DNA from: Deltaproteobacteria bacterium | Lineage (GTDB): Bacteria; Myxococcota; Kuafuiibacteriia; Kuafuiibacteriales; Kuafuiibacteriaceae | Direction of reading: 5' to 3' | NCBI GenBank assembly: GCA_040218735.1 | Contig: JAVJQW010000047.1 | Coordinates: 79,934 to 143,933, forward strand | DNA length: 64,000 nucleotides | Shown here: positions 29,118-37,532 of the stretch, piece after piece | Layout: each line of letters begins with the position of its first letter | Numbering within the stretch: the stretch's first letter is position 1 | Made by a program: the position numbers and the translations under genes | The notes under the pieces: generated by a model | What the model saw: only the letters and a program-made list of their open reading frames with translations | Told to the model about the DNA's origin: nothing | Databases searched by the model: none

Positions 29118-31400
29118 TCACGGCGACGCTAGGTACGAGCCCATGATCGTCTGGTAGTCGGTACCGCTCATCGCGTTGCGGTGGATGTAGAAGAACCGTC
29201 GCTCGTCGTTCGGATCGACGGAGGTGATCAGCGCGTCCACGGCGTCGATACGAGTCTCAGGGACGTCCCAGAAGGACGCGCCGACGTGCAGCGCGGTGTC
29301 GTTGTACGTCGTCATCGACGTGTTCGCGTAGTCGCGACGGACGATCCACGGCATGTTGTAGTCGCCGAACTTCTTGCCGAAGACGACCGAGACGACCCCG
29401 TCGACGTTGATCATCGGCATCGGCTCCACCTCGAACTGCCCCAGGGCGTGGCTGTTCCCCGTGGACTGTCCGTAGGCGTAGACACCGCCGTTGCTCAGCG
29501 GGATCAAGTTCGCCTTGTAATGCCTCAGGCCCCACGTGCCGCTGTTGATGTCGTAGAAGTGCTGCACCGTCACCAGCACGCCGTTGCGGAGCACGGAGCG
29601 CTCCGGCTCGAAGTGGTCGTGGTTCGGGTGAGCGCCCAGCGCGATGGGCCGCAACATCGACGGGAACTCCTGCAGGACGGCGGGGCGTCGTCCGTAGGGC
29701 TGGGTCGGGTGCGGGATCGTGTAGATCGCGTAGCGGTCGATATCGCCGGAGACGAGGACCGTGCGATCCCACGTGGTGTCGAGGTGCTGCGCGGGCTCCA
29801 CGTAGCGGGGCTTCTGCCCGTTCGTGTAGACCGGGAGGTCCTTCTGGTCGTAGCGCACGTACGCCGGCTGAGCGCGCCCCGCGCGCAGGTCGGCGAGCGA
29901 GACGAGGGTGGCGATCGTCCCCTTCTCGTGACCTTGCGTCGAAGGATCGCGGTGGCTGAGCACGAGCCAGTCCCCGTTGATCGCCGCGTGCGGCCAGTCC
30001 TTCACGATGTTGTGCGCGTAGACGTACGTGTCCCAGCCTTCGCGCGGGTCCTCGGTCCTGGAGATCGCAAACGCGAGGACACGTCGTGTCTCCTTGCCGA
30101 TGTTGTTCCGGAGCAAGATCGAGGGCGTGCCGCGGTAGTACGAAGTCCACGGCGGGATCGCGTCCGGCGTCTCCGGGCTGTACTTCTGATCCGGATACTT
30201 CGAGAAGTGGCGCGTCCACAGCTGGTTTCGCAGCTGCGCGACGACGACGTGGCGGCGTCCCACGCGATCGTAGAGCACCCGGGTGTCGTAGGGACCGCCC
30301 ATCCCGCGCCCGTAGGTCTGGTTGCCGACGCAGATACCGAAGCCGTTGGGGACGAAGTTCGGGTCCGTGGAGGTCGGCGTCCACTCGCAGTCGTCGTTCA
30401 GACCGTTGCGCATGCCCAGGTAGTTGTTGACGTCGAGCCAGCTCCTCGGCGTCGAAGCGTTGTTGCGCACGAAGGGATCGAACATCTCCTTGATGTCGAG
30501 CACCCCGCCCGGATCGATCGAGCCACCGGACAACGGCGAACCGTCGCGGTCGTAGAAGCGCACGCCAGCGTTGAGCGCGACGCCGATGTAGCGGTGCCCA
30601 GCCGCGACGCTCGCGTCGTTGGTGTCGGGCACGGTCGTCTGCTGCACCACGGGCGGCATCGGAGGTGTGGTGAGCGTGTCGTTCGGGTTCGGATCGTAGA
30701 GGCCCTTCAGGATGTCCTGGTCGACGTAGAACTCATCGGAGAGCCACAGCCCCGGTTGTGGGTACGGGCCGCGTCCGTACGTACCGTCGCGATACCAAGT
30801 GACGAGTACGCCGTTTCGGTCGAAGTCGAGGCCCACGATCTGCGACGCCGGTTTGTCGGGGTAGAAGTTGTAGAGGTTCGACCCGAGGTTCGTCACCGTA
30901 CCGTACGAGTATTTGCCGTCCTTCCAGAACGCGAAGACACGGTTGTCACTCTTCCGGATCGCGACGTCGAGCAGCTGGGACGCATGCCGACCCGGCGGGA
31001 GCGTTACGTACGGCAGGTACGAGCTGTAGCGGGTGAGGTCCGTGTTCGATCCGGTGCCGACGCGCACGTACCCGTTGTTGTCGACGAAGTACGTCTTCAG
31101 GTAGCCGCCGCTGTCCGCCGCGATCCCCCGGGTCTGCGACCAGCCGTACGGGGAGGCGTAGCGATAGGGAGGCAGGACGTCGGCGAGGTGATAGTTGTGC
31201 CCTGCGCTCGCCACGTTGTCCGGCTTGAACGCGTACACCTTCCCGGACGCGCCCGAGATCGCGACGCCGACGAACCTCGGCTTGATCGTGTTGGTGGGTG
31301 GCACCGGAACACCGGGGCCGATCACGACCTGCGCGCCCGCGAGCGAGGGCACCGCGAGCACGGAAGTGAGCAGAGCGAGGGCGAATGTCTTGGTCTTCAT
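29118..31400 (-). CDS. secreted beta-rich hypothetical protein
   Basis: Sec signal (..SLAGA-Q); repeated G-x-Y/W strands; DASVAAG and DTRVLYD motifs. Confidence 0.6.
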   Translation of the reverse strand: MKTKTFALALLTSVLAVPSLAGAQVVIGPGVPVPPTNTIKPRFVGVAISGASGKVYAFKPDNVASAGHNYHLADVLPPYRYASPYGWSQTRGIAADSGGYLKTYFVDNNGYVRVGTGSNTDLTRYSSYLPYVTLPPGRHASQLLDVAIRKSDNRVFAFWKDGKYSYGTVTNLGSNLYNFYPDKPASQIVGLDFDRNGVLVTWYRDGTYGRGPYPQPGLWLSDEFYVDQDILKGLYDPNPNDTLTTPPMPPVVQQTTVPDTNDASVAAGHRYIGVALNAGVRFYDRDGSPLSGGSIDPGGVLDIKEMFDPFVRNNASTPRSWLDVNNYLGMRNGLNDDCEWTPTSTDPNFVPNGFGICVGNQTYGRGMGGPYDTRVLYDRVGRRHVVVAQLRNQLWTRHFSKYPDQKYSPETPDAIPPWTSYYRGTPSILLRNNIGKETRRVLAFAISRTEDPREGWDTYVYAHNIVKDWPHAAINGDWLVLSHRDPSTQGHEKGTIATLVSLADLRAGRAQPAYVRYDQKDLPVYTNGQKPRYVEPAQHLDTTWDRTVLVSGDIDRYAIYTIPHPTQPYGRRPAVLQEFPSMLRPIALGAHPNHDHFEPERSVLRNGVLVTVQHFYDINSGTWGLRHYKANLIPLSNGGVYAYGQSTGNSHALGQFEVEPMPMINVDGVVSVVFGKKFGDYNMPWIVRRDYANTSMTTYNDTALHVGASFWDVPETRIDAVDALITSVDPNDERRFFYIHRNAMSGTDYQTIMGSYLASP

Positions 31401-31468
31401 GCAATGGGTCTCCGAGGTGGAGACCCACGCCGCGCTCGGGTGTGACCGACTTTTTCGCCGTGCGCCCG

Positions 31469-32779
31469 ATGGCCGGCGGAGCGGCGCGCGTGGCACCGTT
31501 TCGTCGCGTGCACCGGGCTCGGTCGCTTCTGTGGCTCGCCGTCCTCTACGGCTGCGGCCCCGACGGGCCCTCGATCGAATCCGCGCGCTCCAACCTGACA
31601 CCTTCTGAGCGGCGGGCACGCGCCGCAGTCATCCGCGACGTGGCTGCGGAGGCGGGGCTGACGAACGGCGCGCTCCTCGGCGGCATCGCCGAAGCCGAGA
31701 CCGGGCTCGCGCACTGCTGGTCGGAGGCGACGTGGGCCTGCCAGGGTCCGCACTCCGCCTCCTGCGACGGCCCGGTCATCGCGGGCGCGGGCGACGGCCC
31801 GTGTGCGCTGCGCGAAGGCGGGCTCGGGATGTTCCAGTTCGACGGCGGCACGTTCGAGGAGACCATCGCGCGCGACGGTGAGGCGATCCTCCTGCTCGAA
31901 GGCAACGTGCGGCGCGCGGTCGACTTCGTGATCGACATGGTCGTGCGCTCCACCCACGTCGACATCACGACGCGGCAGGCCGCGCTCGCGTGGATCAACA
32001 CGATCCCCGTCGCGCCGGGGAACGCGGACTACGACGCGTGGATCGACACCGTCACGCACCACTACAACGGGTGCCGGCCGACGTCGTCGTGTTGGCCCGA
32101 GCGACGCGCGCGCTACGACGGGCTCACGGTGCAGATGGCGACCGAGTTCGGTGACGACTTCTGGGGCGAGCCCGCGCCGCCGCCGGTGTGTGAAGCGCTG
32201 CCCTTCGCGGGCGGAACCGTGGAGGAGGCGAGCGCGTGTTACGCGGACGCCGGCGGCGCGAGCGGGTGGCGGGTCGTGGACGACGCTGGCCACGAGGGCC
32301 TGCGCTGGACGTTCGCGTGGGACGGCGACGCACCGGACAACTACGCGGTGTGGACGCTCCCGGTGTCCGCGCCGGGTACCTATGTCGTGGAGGTGTACGG
32401 CGACGGGAGCATGTACTTCGCGTCGCGGCAGGCGCGCTACACGATTCGGCACGCGGGGACGACGAGCTCGTTCGTCGTGGACCAGACGACGCTCGACGGT
32501 TTTACACCGATCGCCGAGGTCGACTTCGCCGCCGACGGCGACGAACACCTGCGCCTCGACGACAACGCCGGCGAACCGCTCGACGCGCAGCGAAGGATCG
32601 GCTTCGACGCGGTGCGTGTGCGACGCGTCGAGGACGGCGAAGTGCCGACGGAGGACCCGCCCGAAGTCGACACGTCGACCGTCGCCACTCAGATGGGTGG
32701 CTGCACCTCGACGGGGTACCCGTCCCTCGGCGCGCTGGTCGTGGTGCTCGGCGCCGTGGTGCTGCGACGGCTTCGTTAG
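31469..32779 (+). CDS. surface protein: lysozyme-like N-domain, golvesin/CBM-like domain and MYXO-CTERM-type tail
   Basis: GIAEAETG..GLGMFQFD; W.LP...G.Y.VEVY...A.Y.I.H...DAVR; GGC..TM..RRLR; start uncertain. Confidence 0.6.
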   Translation: MAGGAARVAPFRRVHRARSLLWLAVLYGCGPDGPSIESARSNLTPSERRARAAVIRDVAAEAGLTNGALLGGIAEAETGLAHCWSEATWACQGPHSASCDGPVIAGAGDGPCALREGGLGMFQFDGGTFEETIARDGEAILLLEGNVRRAVDFVIDMVVRSTHVDITTRQAALAWINTIPVAPGNADYDAWIDTVTHHYNGCRPTSSCWPERRARYDGLTVQMATEFGDDFWGEPAPPPVCEALPFAGGTVEEASACYADAGGASGWRVVDDAGHEGLRWTFAWDGDAPDNYAVWTLPVSAPGTYVVEVYGDGSMYFASRQARYTIRHAGTTSSFVVDQTTLDGFTPIAEVDFAADGDEHLRLDDNAGEPLDAQRRIGFDAVRVRRVEDGEVPTEDPPEVDTSTVATQMGGCTSTGYPSLGALVVVLGAVVLRRLR

Positions 32780-32787
32780 GGTGCGCC

Positions 32788-33249
32788 TCAGTTCTTCGGT
32801 CGGGGCGCCCGGCGTCCGCGTCGCGCCGCCGGCTCCAGCCGGCGCCCGACGTTGACCGGGAGGATCGTGCGCAGCGGGATGCCTTCCACCTTGGCGTCGT
32901 GCTGTGGCGCGCGGCGCGTGACCCCCGTGCCCACGAACGACGCGACGAGCGCCGCCTCCGCCTCGGCGTGTTTCGCGAGCGCGCGCAGCGCCGCCTTGGA
33001 GTCGGAGATCGCGCCGAGCAGCTGCTGCGACGCGCGCGGGTAGCCGCCGCGCTCCAAGCCGACGGCGAGGCGCACGAGCGTCCGTAGCGCGTCGACGCCG
33101 CGGTGGTCCTTCACGTACGCGGCGACCTCCACGATCGCGCGCACCTTCGCCATCGCGGGCGGCGGGAACACGAGCGTCTCGCCCTCCGTGACCAGCAGCG
33201 CCGCCACGCGCTGCGCGATGCGACTCGGGTGTTTCTTCGCTTCACGCAT
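32788..33249 (-). CDS. hypothetical protein
   Basis: ATG overlaps the upstream TGA; host-like codons. Confidence 0.5.
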   Translation of the reverse strand: MREAKKHPSRIAQRVAALLVTEGETLVFPPPAMAKVRAIVEVAAYVKDHRGVDALRTLVRLAVGLERGGYPRASQQLLGAISDSKAALRALAKHAEAEAALVASFVGTGVTRRAPQHDAKVEGIPLRTILPVNVGRRLEPAARRGRRAPRPKN

Positions 33250-33965
33250 CAGTCGCCGTCCCCGCCTTCGCCGCCTTCGCCGCCGTCCGCGCCATCGCCG
33301 CCGTCCGCACCGTCCGCTCCGTCGGCCCCTTCCGAGCCCTCGGCCCCCTCGGAGCCCTCCGCTCCCTCGGAGCCCTCTGCGCCGTCCGCGGCGTCCGCGT
33401 CGGAGTCGTCCCCGCCGAACGCGTCGCCCACCGCGTCCGCAACGTCGCCGACCGCGTCCGCCACGCCCCCGAACGCGTCGCCGACCGCGTCCGCCACGCC
33501 ACCGAACGCATCACCGACCGCGTCGGCCACGCCGCCGAACGCGTCACCGACCGCATCGCCGAGACCGTCCGTGAGCCCGCCGACCGCTTCGGAGATCCCG
33601 CCGACCACGCCGTCGACCGCTTCGGAGATGTCCCCGACCACGCCCTCGACCGCGTCCGCGAGATCGCCGAGGCCGATGGAGTCCGCGAGGTCACCGAGGT
33701 CGACGCCGAGCTCGCTCATCGCGTAGCCCGCGAGGCCCACCGGGTTGCCGGTCATCGCGAAGCCCGCGATCGCGCCGAGCAGGCCCTTGTCGATGCCGAG
33801 GCTCGACAGGTCCGCGTTCGCGACCAGGCCCCCGACGACCGCGTTGACGTCGCCGCGTGACACCGCCGCGGCGAAGCCCAGCACCTCTTGGGTCTGGGGA
33901 GAGAGCTGGTCGGTGAAGGCGCCGCGCAGCGCCTGTTCGACCGACACGGATCCGATCGTGGTCAT
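33249..33965 (-). CDS. acidic Gly/Ala/Asp protein with 11-mer repeats
   Basis: AGGAG RBS; GDAFGGVADAV repeats and (G-x-E/D)n tail. Confidence 0.6.
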   Translation of the reverse strand: MTTIGSVSVEQALRGAFTDQLSPQTQEVLGFAAAVSRGDVNAVVGGLVANADLSSLGIDKGLLGAIAGFAMTGNPVGLAGYAMSELGVDLGDLADSIGLGDLADAVEGVVGDISEAVDGVVGGISEAVGGLTDGLGDAVGDAFGGVADAVGDAFGGVADAVGDAFGGVADAVGDVADAVGDAFGGDDSDADAADGAEGSEGAEGSEGAEGSEGADGADGADGGDGADGGEGGEGGDGD

Positions 33966-34140
33966 CGTCTTCTTACTCCTGTCGCGGGCGGCGTTCGTCC
34001 CTTCCTGGACTCGCGCGCCGACGCGGCTGCACGCCCGCCCGACGGGGGAGCCCAACGCAACTTGCGTTCCAAGCGCCAAGACGGAGGCGGCGCGATCGCG
34101 GTGGCGAGCCGCGAAGACAGATCGTCGAGCAGGGCCGACA

Positions 34141-34478
34141 GGCGTCAGCGAAGGCCGGCGTCAGCGAAGGCCGGCGGCAGCGAAGGCCGGCGGCAGCGAA
34201 GGCCGGCGGCGGCGAAGGCCGGCGGCGGCGAAGGCCGGCGGCGGCGAAGGCCGGCGGCGGCGAAGGCCGGCGGCAGCGAAGGCCGGCGGCAGCGAAGGCC
34301 GGCGGCAGCGAAGCCCGGCGGCAGCGAAGCCCCGGGGGCAGCGACGGATGGCGGCAGCGAAGCCCGGCGGCAGCGAAGCCCGGCGGCAGCGAAGCCCGGC
34401 GGCAGCGAAGCCCGGCGGCAGCGAAGCCCGGCGGCAGCGAAGCCCCGGGGGCAGCGACGGATGGCGTCAGCGACGGAT
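34141..34478. repeat. 16-bp tandem minisatellite, about 21 units (GGCGGCAGCGAAGGCC and variants)
   Basis: Directly visible; last unit overlaps the glucosidase stop codon. Confidence 0.93.
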
Positions 34479-35987
34479 GGCGTAGTCGCCCGGGGCCAGC
34501 GTCGATCCCGCCGTCGCCCCCGGCGCCCCCGCGTCGTCCGGCGGAAGCTCCAGCGTCACCGGCGCGTCGGAGAGGTTGAACGCCAGCGTCAGGCCCCCGC
34601 GCGCGAAGCGCAGGACACCGTCCGGTGCGTCCTCGAACGCGAGGTCCCCCTCGCGCAAGTCAGCCTGCGCGCGACGCCAACCGAGGAACGCCCGCACCGC
34701 GTCGAGCAGCGCGCCCCCCTGGTCCACCGCCAGCGCGCGGTGTTCGTCGGGCACCGGGAGCCACGGCTCACCGGTCGTGAACCCGCCGTGTACGGCGGAG
34801 GTCCACGGCATCGGCGTCCGGCAGCCGTCGCGGCCCTTGAATTCTGGCCAGAACGTTCGGCCGTAGGGATCGACGATGCGCTCGTAAGGCACGTCGGCCT
34901 CCGGGAGCCCCAGCTCGTCGCCCTGGTAGAGGCAACACGCGCCCCGCAAGCAGAACGACAGCATCAGGTACGCGCGCATCCGCGCGTCGTCGGCATCCCA
35001 ACGCGTGCGCAGCCGCGGCACGTCGTGGTTGCCGAACGACCAACAGATCCAGCCGTCCTCGATCGCGTCGAGCTGCGCCTGCACACGCTCGCGGATCGAA
35101 GCGGCGCCCCCGTCGCGATCCAACAGCTCGAAGGTGTAGACCATGTGCAGCCGCTGGTTCGTCGTGTAGTCGCGCGCGAGTCGAATCGCATCGCCGCCGC
35201 CGATCTCCCCGACGCTCGTCGCGTCGTACCGATCGAACAGCGTCCGCAGCTCGGCGAGGAAGTCGAGCACCTCCGACCGATTCGATCCGTAGACGTGCTC
35301 CTGGAAGTTGTGCGGGTTCACGCTCTTCGGCCGCTTCTTCGCGGGCGGGTTGTTCCTGAGGAGCGTGTCGTGGAACGCAAAGTTGATCGCGTCCAGCCGA
35401 AACCCATCGACGCCGCGGTCCAGCCAGAACTTCACGTCCGCGACCAACGCCGCGCGCACGTCCGGGTTGTGCAGGTTGAAGTCCGGCTGCTCCGCGAGGA
35501 AGTTGTGCAGGTAGTACTGCTCGCGCCGCGACTCCCAGCGCCACGCCGATCCCCCGAACACACTCAGCCAGTTGTTCGGCGGCGTACCGTCCTCGTTCGC
35601 GTCGGCCCAGACGTACCAGTCCGCCTTCGGCCCTTCGCGCGAACGTCGGCTCTCGAGGAACCACGGGTGCTCGTCCGAGCTGTGGCTCAGCACCTGATCG
35701 ATCAACACCTTCAGGTCGAGTGCGTGCGCGCGCTCCACGAGCCCGTCGAAGTCCGCGAGGGTCCCGAAGATCGGATCCACGTCGCGCGGGTTCGACACGT
35801 CGTACCCGAAGTCCTTCATCGGCGACGTGAAGAACGGCGAGATCCAGATCGCATCCACGCCGAGCGACGCCACGTAGTCGAGCTTCGCGGTGATCCCGTT
35901 CAGGTCACCGACGCCATCCCCATTCGAATCGAAGAAGCTGCGCGGATAGATCTGGTAGATGACCGCGCTTCGGTCCCAGCGCGTCAC
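34467..35987 (-). CDS. GH13 alpha-glucosidase
   Basis: YQIYPRSF, GYDVS, HSS.EHPWF, DGFRLDA, NHD and YQGDELG motifs. Confidence 0.93.
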   Translation of the reverse strand: MTRWDRSAVIYQIYPRSFFDSNGDGVGDLNGITAKLDYVASLGVDAIWISPFFTSPMKDFGYDVSNPRDVDPIFGTLADFDGLVERAHALDLKVLIDQVLSHSSDEHPWFLESRRSREGPKADWYVWADANEDGTPPNNWLSVFGGSAWRWESRREQYYLHNFLAEQPDFNLHNPDVRAALVADVKFWLDRGVDGFRLDAINFAFHDTLLRNNPPAKKRPKSVNPHNFQEHVYGSNRSEVLDFLAELRTLFDRYDATSVGEIGGGDAIRLARDYTTNQRLHMVYTFELLDRDGGAASIRERVQAQLDAIEDGWICWSFGNHDVPRLRTRWDADDARMRAYLMLSFCLRGACCLYQGDELGLPEADVPYERIVDPYGRTFWPEFKGRDGCRTPMPWTSAVHGGFTTGEPWLPVPDEHRALAVDQGGALLDAVRAFLGWRRAQADLREGDLAFEDAPDGVLRFARGGLTLAFNLSDAPVTLELPPDDAGAPGATAGSTLAPGDYAIRR

Positions 35988-37525
35988 GACGTCAGGATGT
36001 CCGCCGTGTTGTTGTGCATGACATCGTGTCCTTCCTCGTCGTCGCGGTGCGGCTTCGTCTCCGCCACGTCCGCGAGCCGCACCGTCTGCGCCGCGCGGCA
36101 GAACACCCGAAGCTCCGGTTTGTCCTCGACGACGAGGTGCGACAGCTTGCACGTGCAAGGCTGGTTGACATCGGTGTGCTCGGGCGCGCCGTCCAACGGC
36201 GGCAGCCAGCACCCGGTGTTCACGTAGAGCTTCCCTTGGCCGATCTCACTCGACCGTCGAACGTGGCTGTGGCCCATCACGACCAACGGCACGTCCATCA
36301 CCTTCGCGATCTTCCGCGCCGCCTCCTGCTGCTTCGGTCCGGGGAGGAAGTACCGCCGCGGCGCGAGCTTGCGATTGATCTGCAGTCCGACGAGCGCGAC
36401 CGTCACGATGCCCGCGAGCTCGAACCACGGGCTCTCGAACACGAGCAGCATCAACATCGCGAGCGTCAGACAGCCGGCGACCAACAGGATGCGGTCCAGG
36501 AACAAGAGCCGCATCAGCTCCGGTAGGTTGCGGTTCACCGGGACGTGCCGCAGCTGATCGATCTCCTGCAGCTTCTCCTTCGACACCCCGTACTTCTTCG
36601 CCTCGAGGCGGAGGTTCTTGTTGTGCTCCTTGCCGTACCGACGCACCCGCCCGAGCGCGAAGTGCCCGGCGTACAGCAGCATGCGGATGCCCGCGCCGAG
36701 CCCCATCTTCGCGGTGTACAGCAGGCCGCTCATGCCCTTGTTCCGCAACCACTCGAAGTAGTCGCGCGGTCCCCACATATCCGCGTTGTGGGGCGCGAAG
36801 TCGGAGAGCATGTTCACGAAGTACCGCATCGCGAACGCAAACAGCGGCGTGTCGATCTTGCGCGGGTTCTGCGGGCTCACCGGGTAGAGCTGTTTGTCAT
36901 AGGAGCAGTACGGGTCGTACTGATGCCCGTGCTCGACGTAGATGCGCCCCGGCTCGACGTACATCCACGGCGAGAACGCGAGCCGCGACTGGAAGTCGGT
37001 GCGTTTGTCGATCGTCTCGTCGATGTCGTACTTCTGCCCGCGGAACGCGAGGTCCGCGAGCCGACGCCGCAACACCTTCTGCACCTTGCGCCAGTACAGC
37101 TCGGTGTCGTGGTTGCCGCGGATGATGACGACCTCGCCGCCCTCGCGGATGAAGTGCGCGAGGCGGACGAAGAGCTTGCTGTGGTACTCGAGCGTCTTGT
37201 CGAGCTTGACGAGCGCGCGCTCCGCTTCGCTGCCGAGCCCGAACTCGCGCTCCTCTTCGCTGATCTCGAACGACAGCTTGAGGTTCAGCGGGCCCTTCGC
37301 GCCGGGCACCACCACGACCTCGACGAAGTCGATCATGTCGCCCGCGAAGATCAGCTTCCACTCCCGCTCGCGCGCGGAGGTGTAGTGATCGAGCATGTCG
37401 ATGAACGCCTGGTCGAACTTGTCGTCCGGGCGTGCGGTGCGATTGAAGCCGGTGATGTCCTTGCAGTCGCGGCCCAAGTGCATGTCGGAAACGACCAGGA
37501 GTCGCCGTTGCCCGACTTCGTCCAT
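35984..37525 (-). CDS. membrane-associated metallophosphoesterase
   Basis: SDMHLG, GD..D, GNHD, HGH, GHSH and N.G.W motifs. Confidence 0.82.
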   Translation of the reverse strand: MDEVGQRRLLVVSDMHLGRDCKDITGFNRTARPDDKFDQAFIDMLDHYTSAREREWKLIFAGDMIDFVEVVVVPGAKGPLNLKLSFEISEEEREFGLGSEAERALVKLDKTLEYHSKLFVRLAHFIREGGEVVIIRGNHDTELYWRKVQKVLRRRLADLAFRGQKYDIDETIDKRTDFQSRLAFSPWMYVEPGRIYVEHGHQYDPYCSYDKQLYPVSPQNPRKIDTPLFAFAMRYFVNMLSDFAPHNADMWGPRDYFEWLRNKGMSGLLYTAKMGLGAGIRMLLYAGHFALGRVRRYGKEHNKNLRLEAKKYGVSKEKLQEIDQLRHVPVNRNLPELMRLLFLDRILLVAGCLTLAMLMLLVFESPWFELAGIVTVALVGLQINRKLAPRRYFLPGPKQQEAARKIAKVMDVPLVVMGHSHVRRSSEIGQGKLYVNTGCWLPPLDGAPEHTDVNQPCTCKLSHLVVEDKPELRVFCRAAQTVRLADVAETKPHRDDEEGHDVMHNNTADILTS

Positions 37526-37532
37526 ATTCAGC

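Noticed and set aside
34141-34478. Tandem repeat as CRISPR or coding repeat
   Set aside because: No spacers; a 16-bp unit is not a multiple of 3, and ORFs across it are low-complexity
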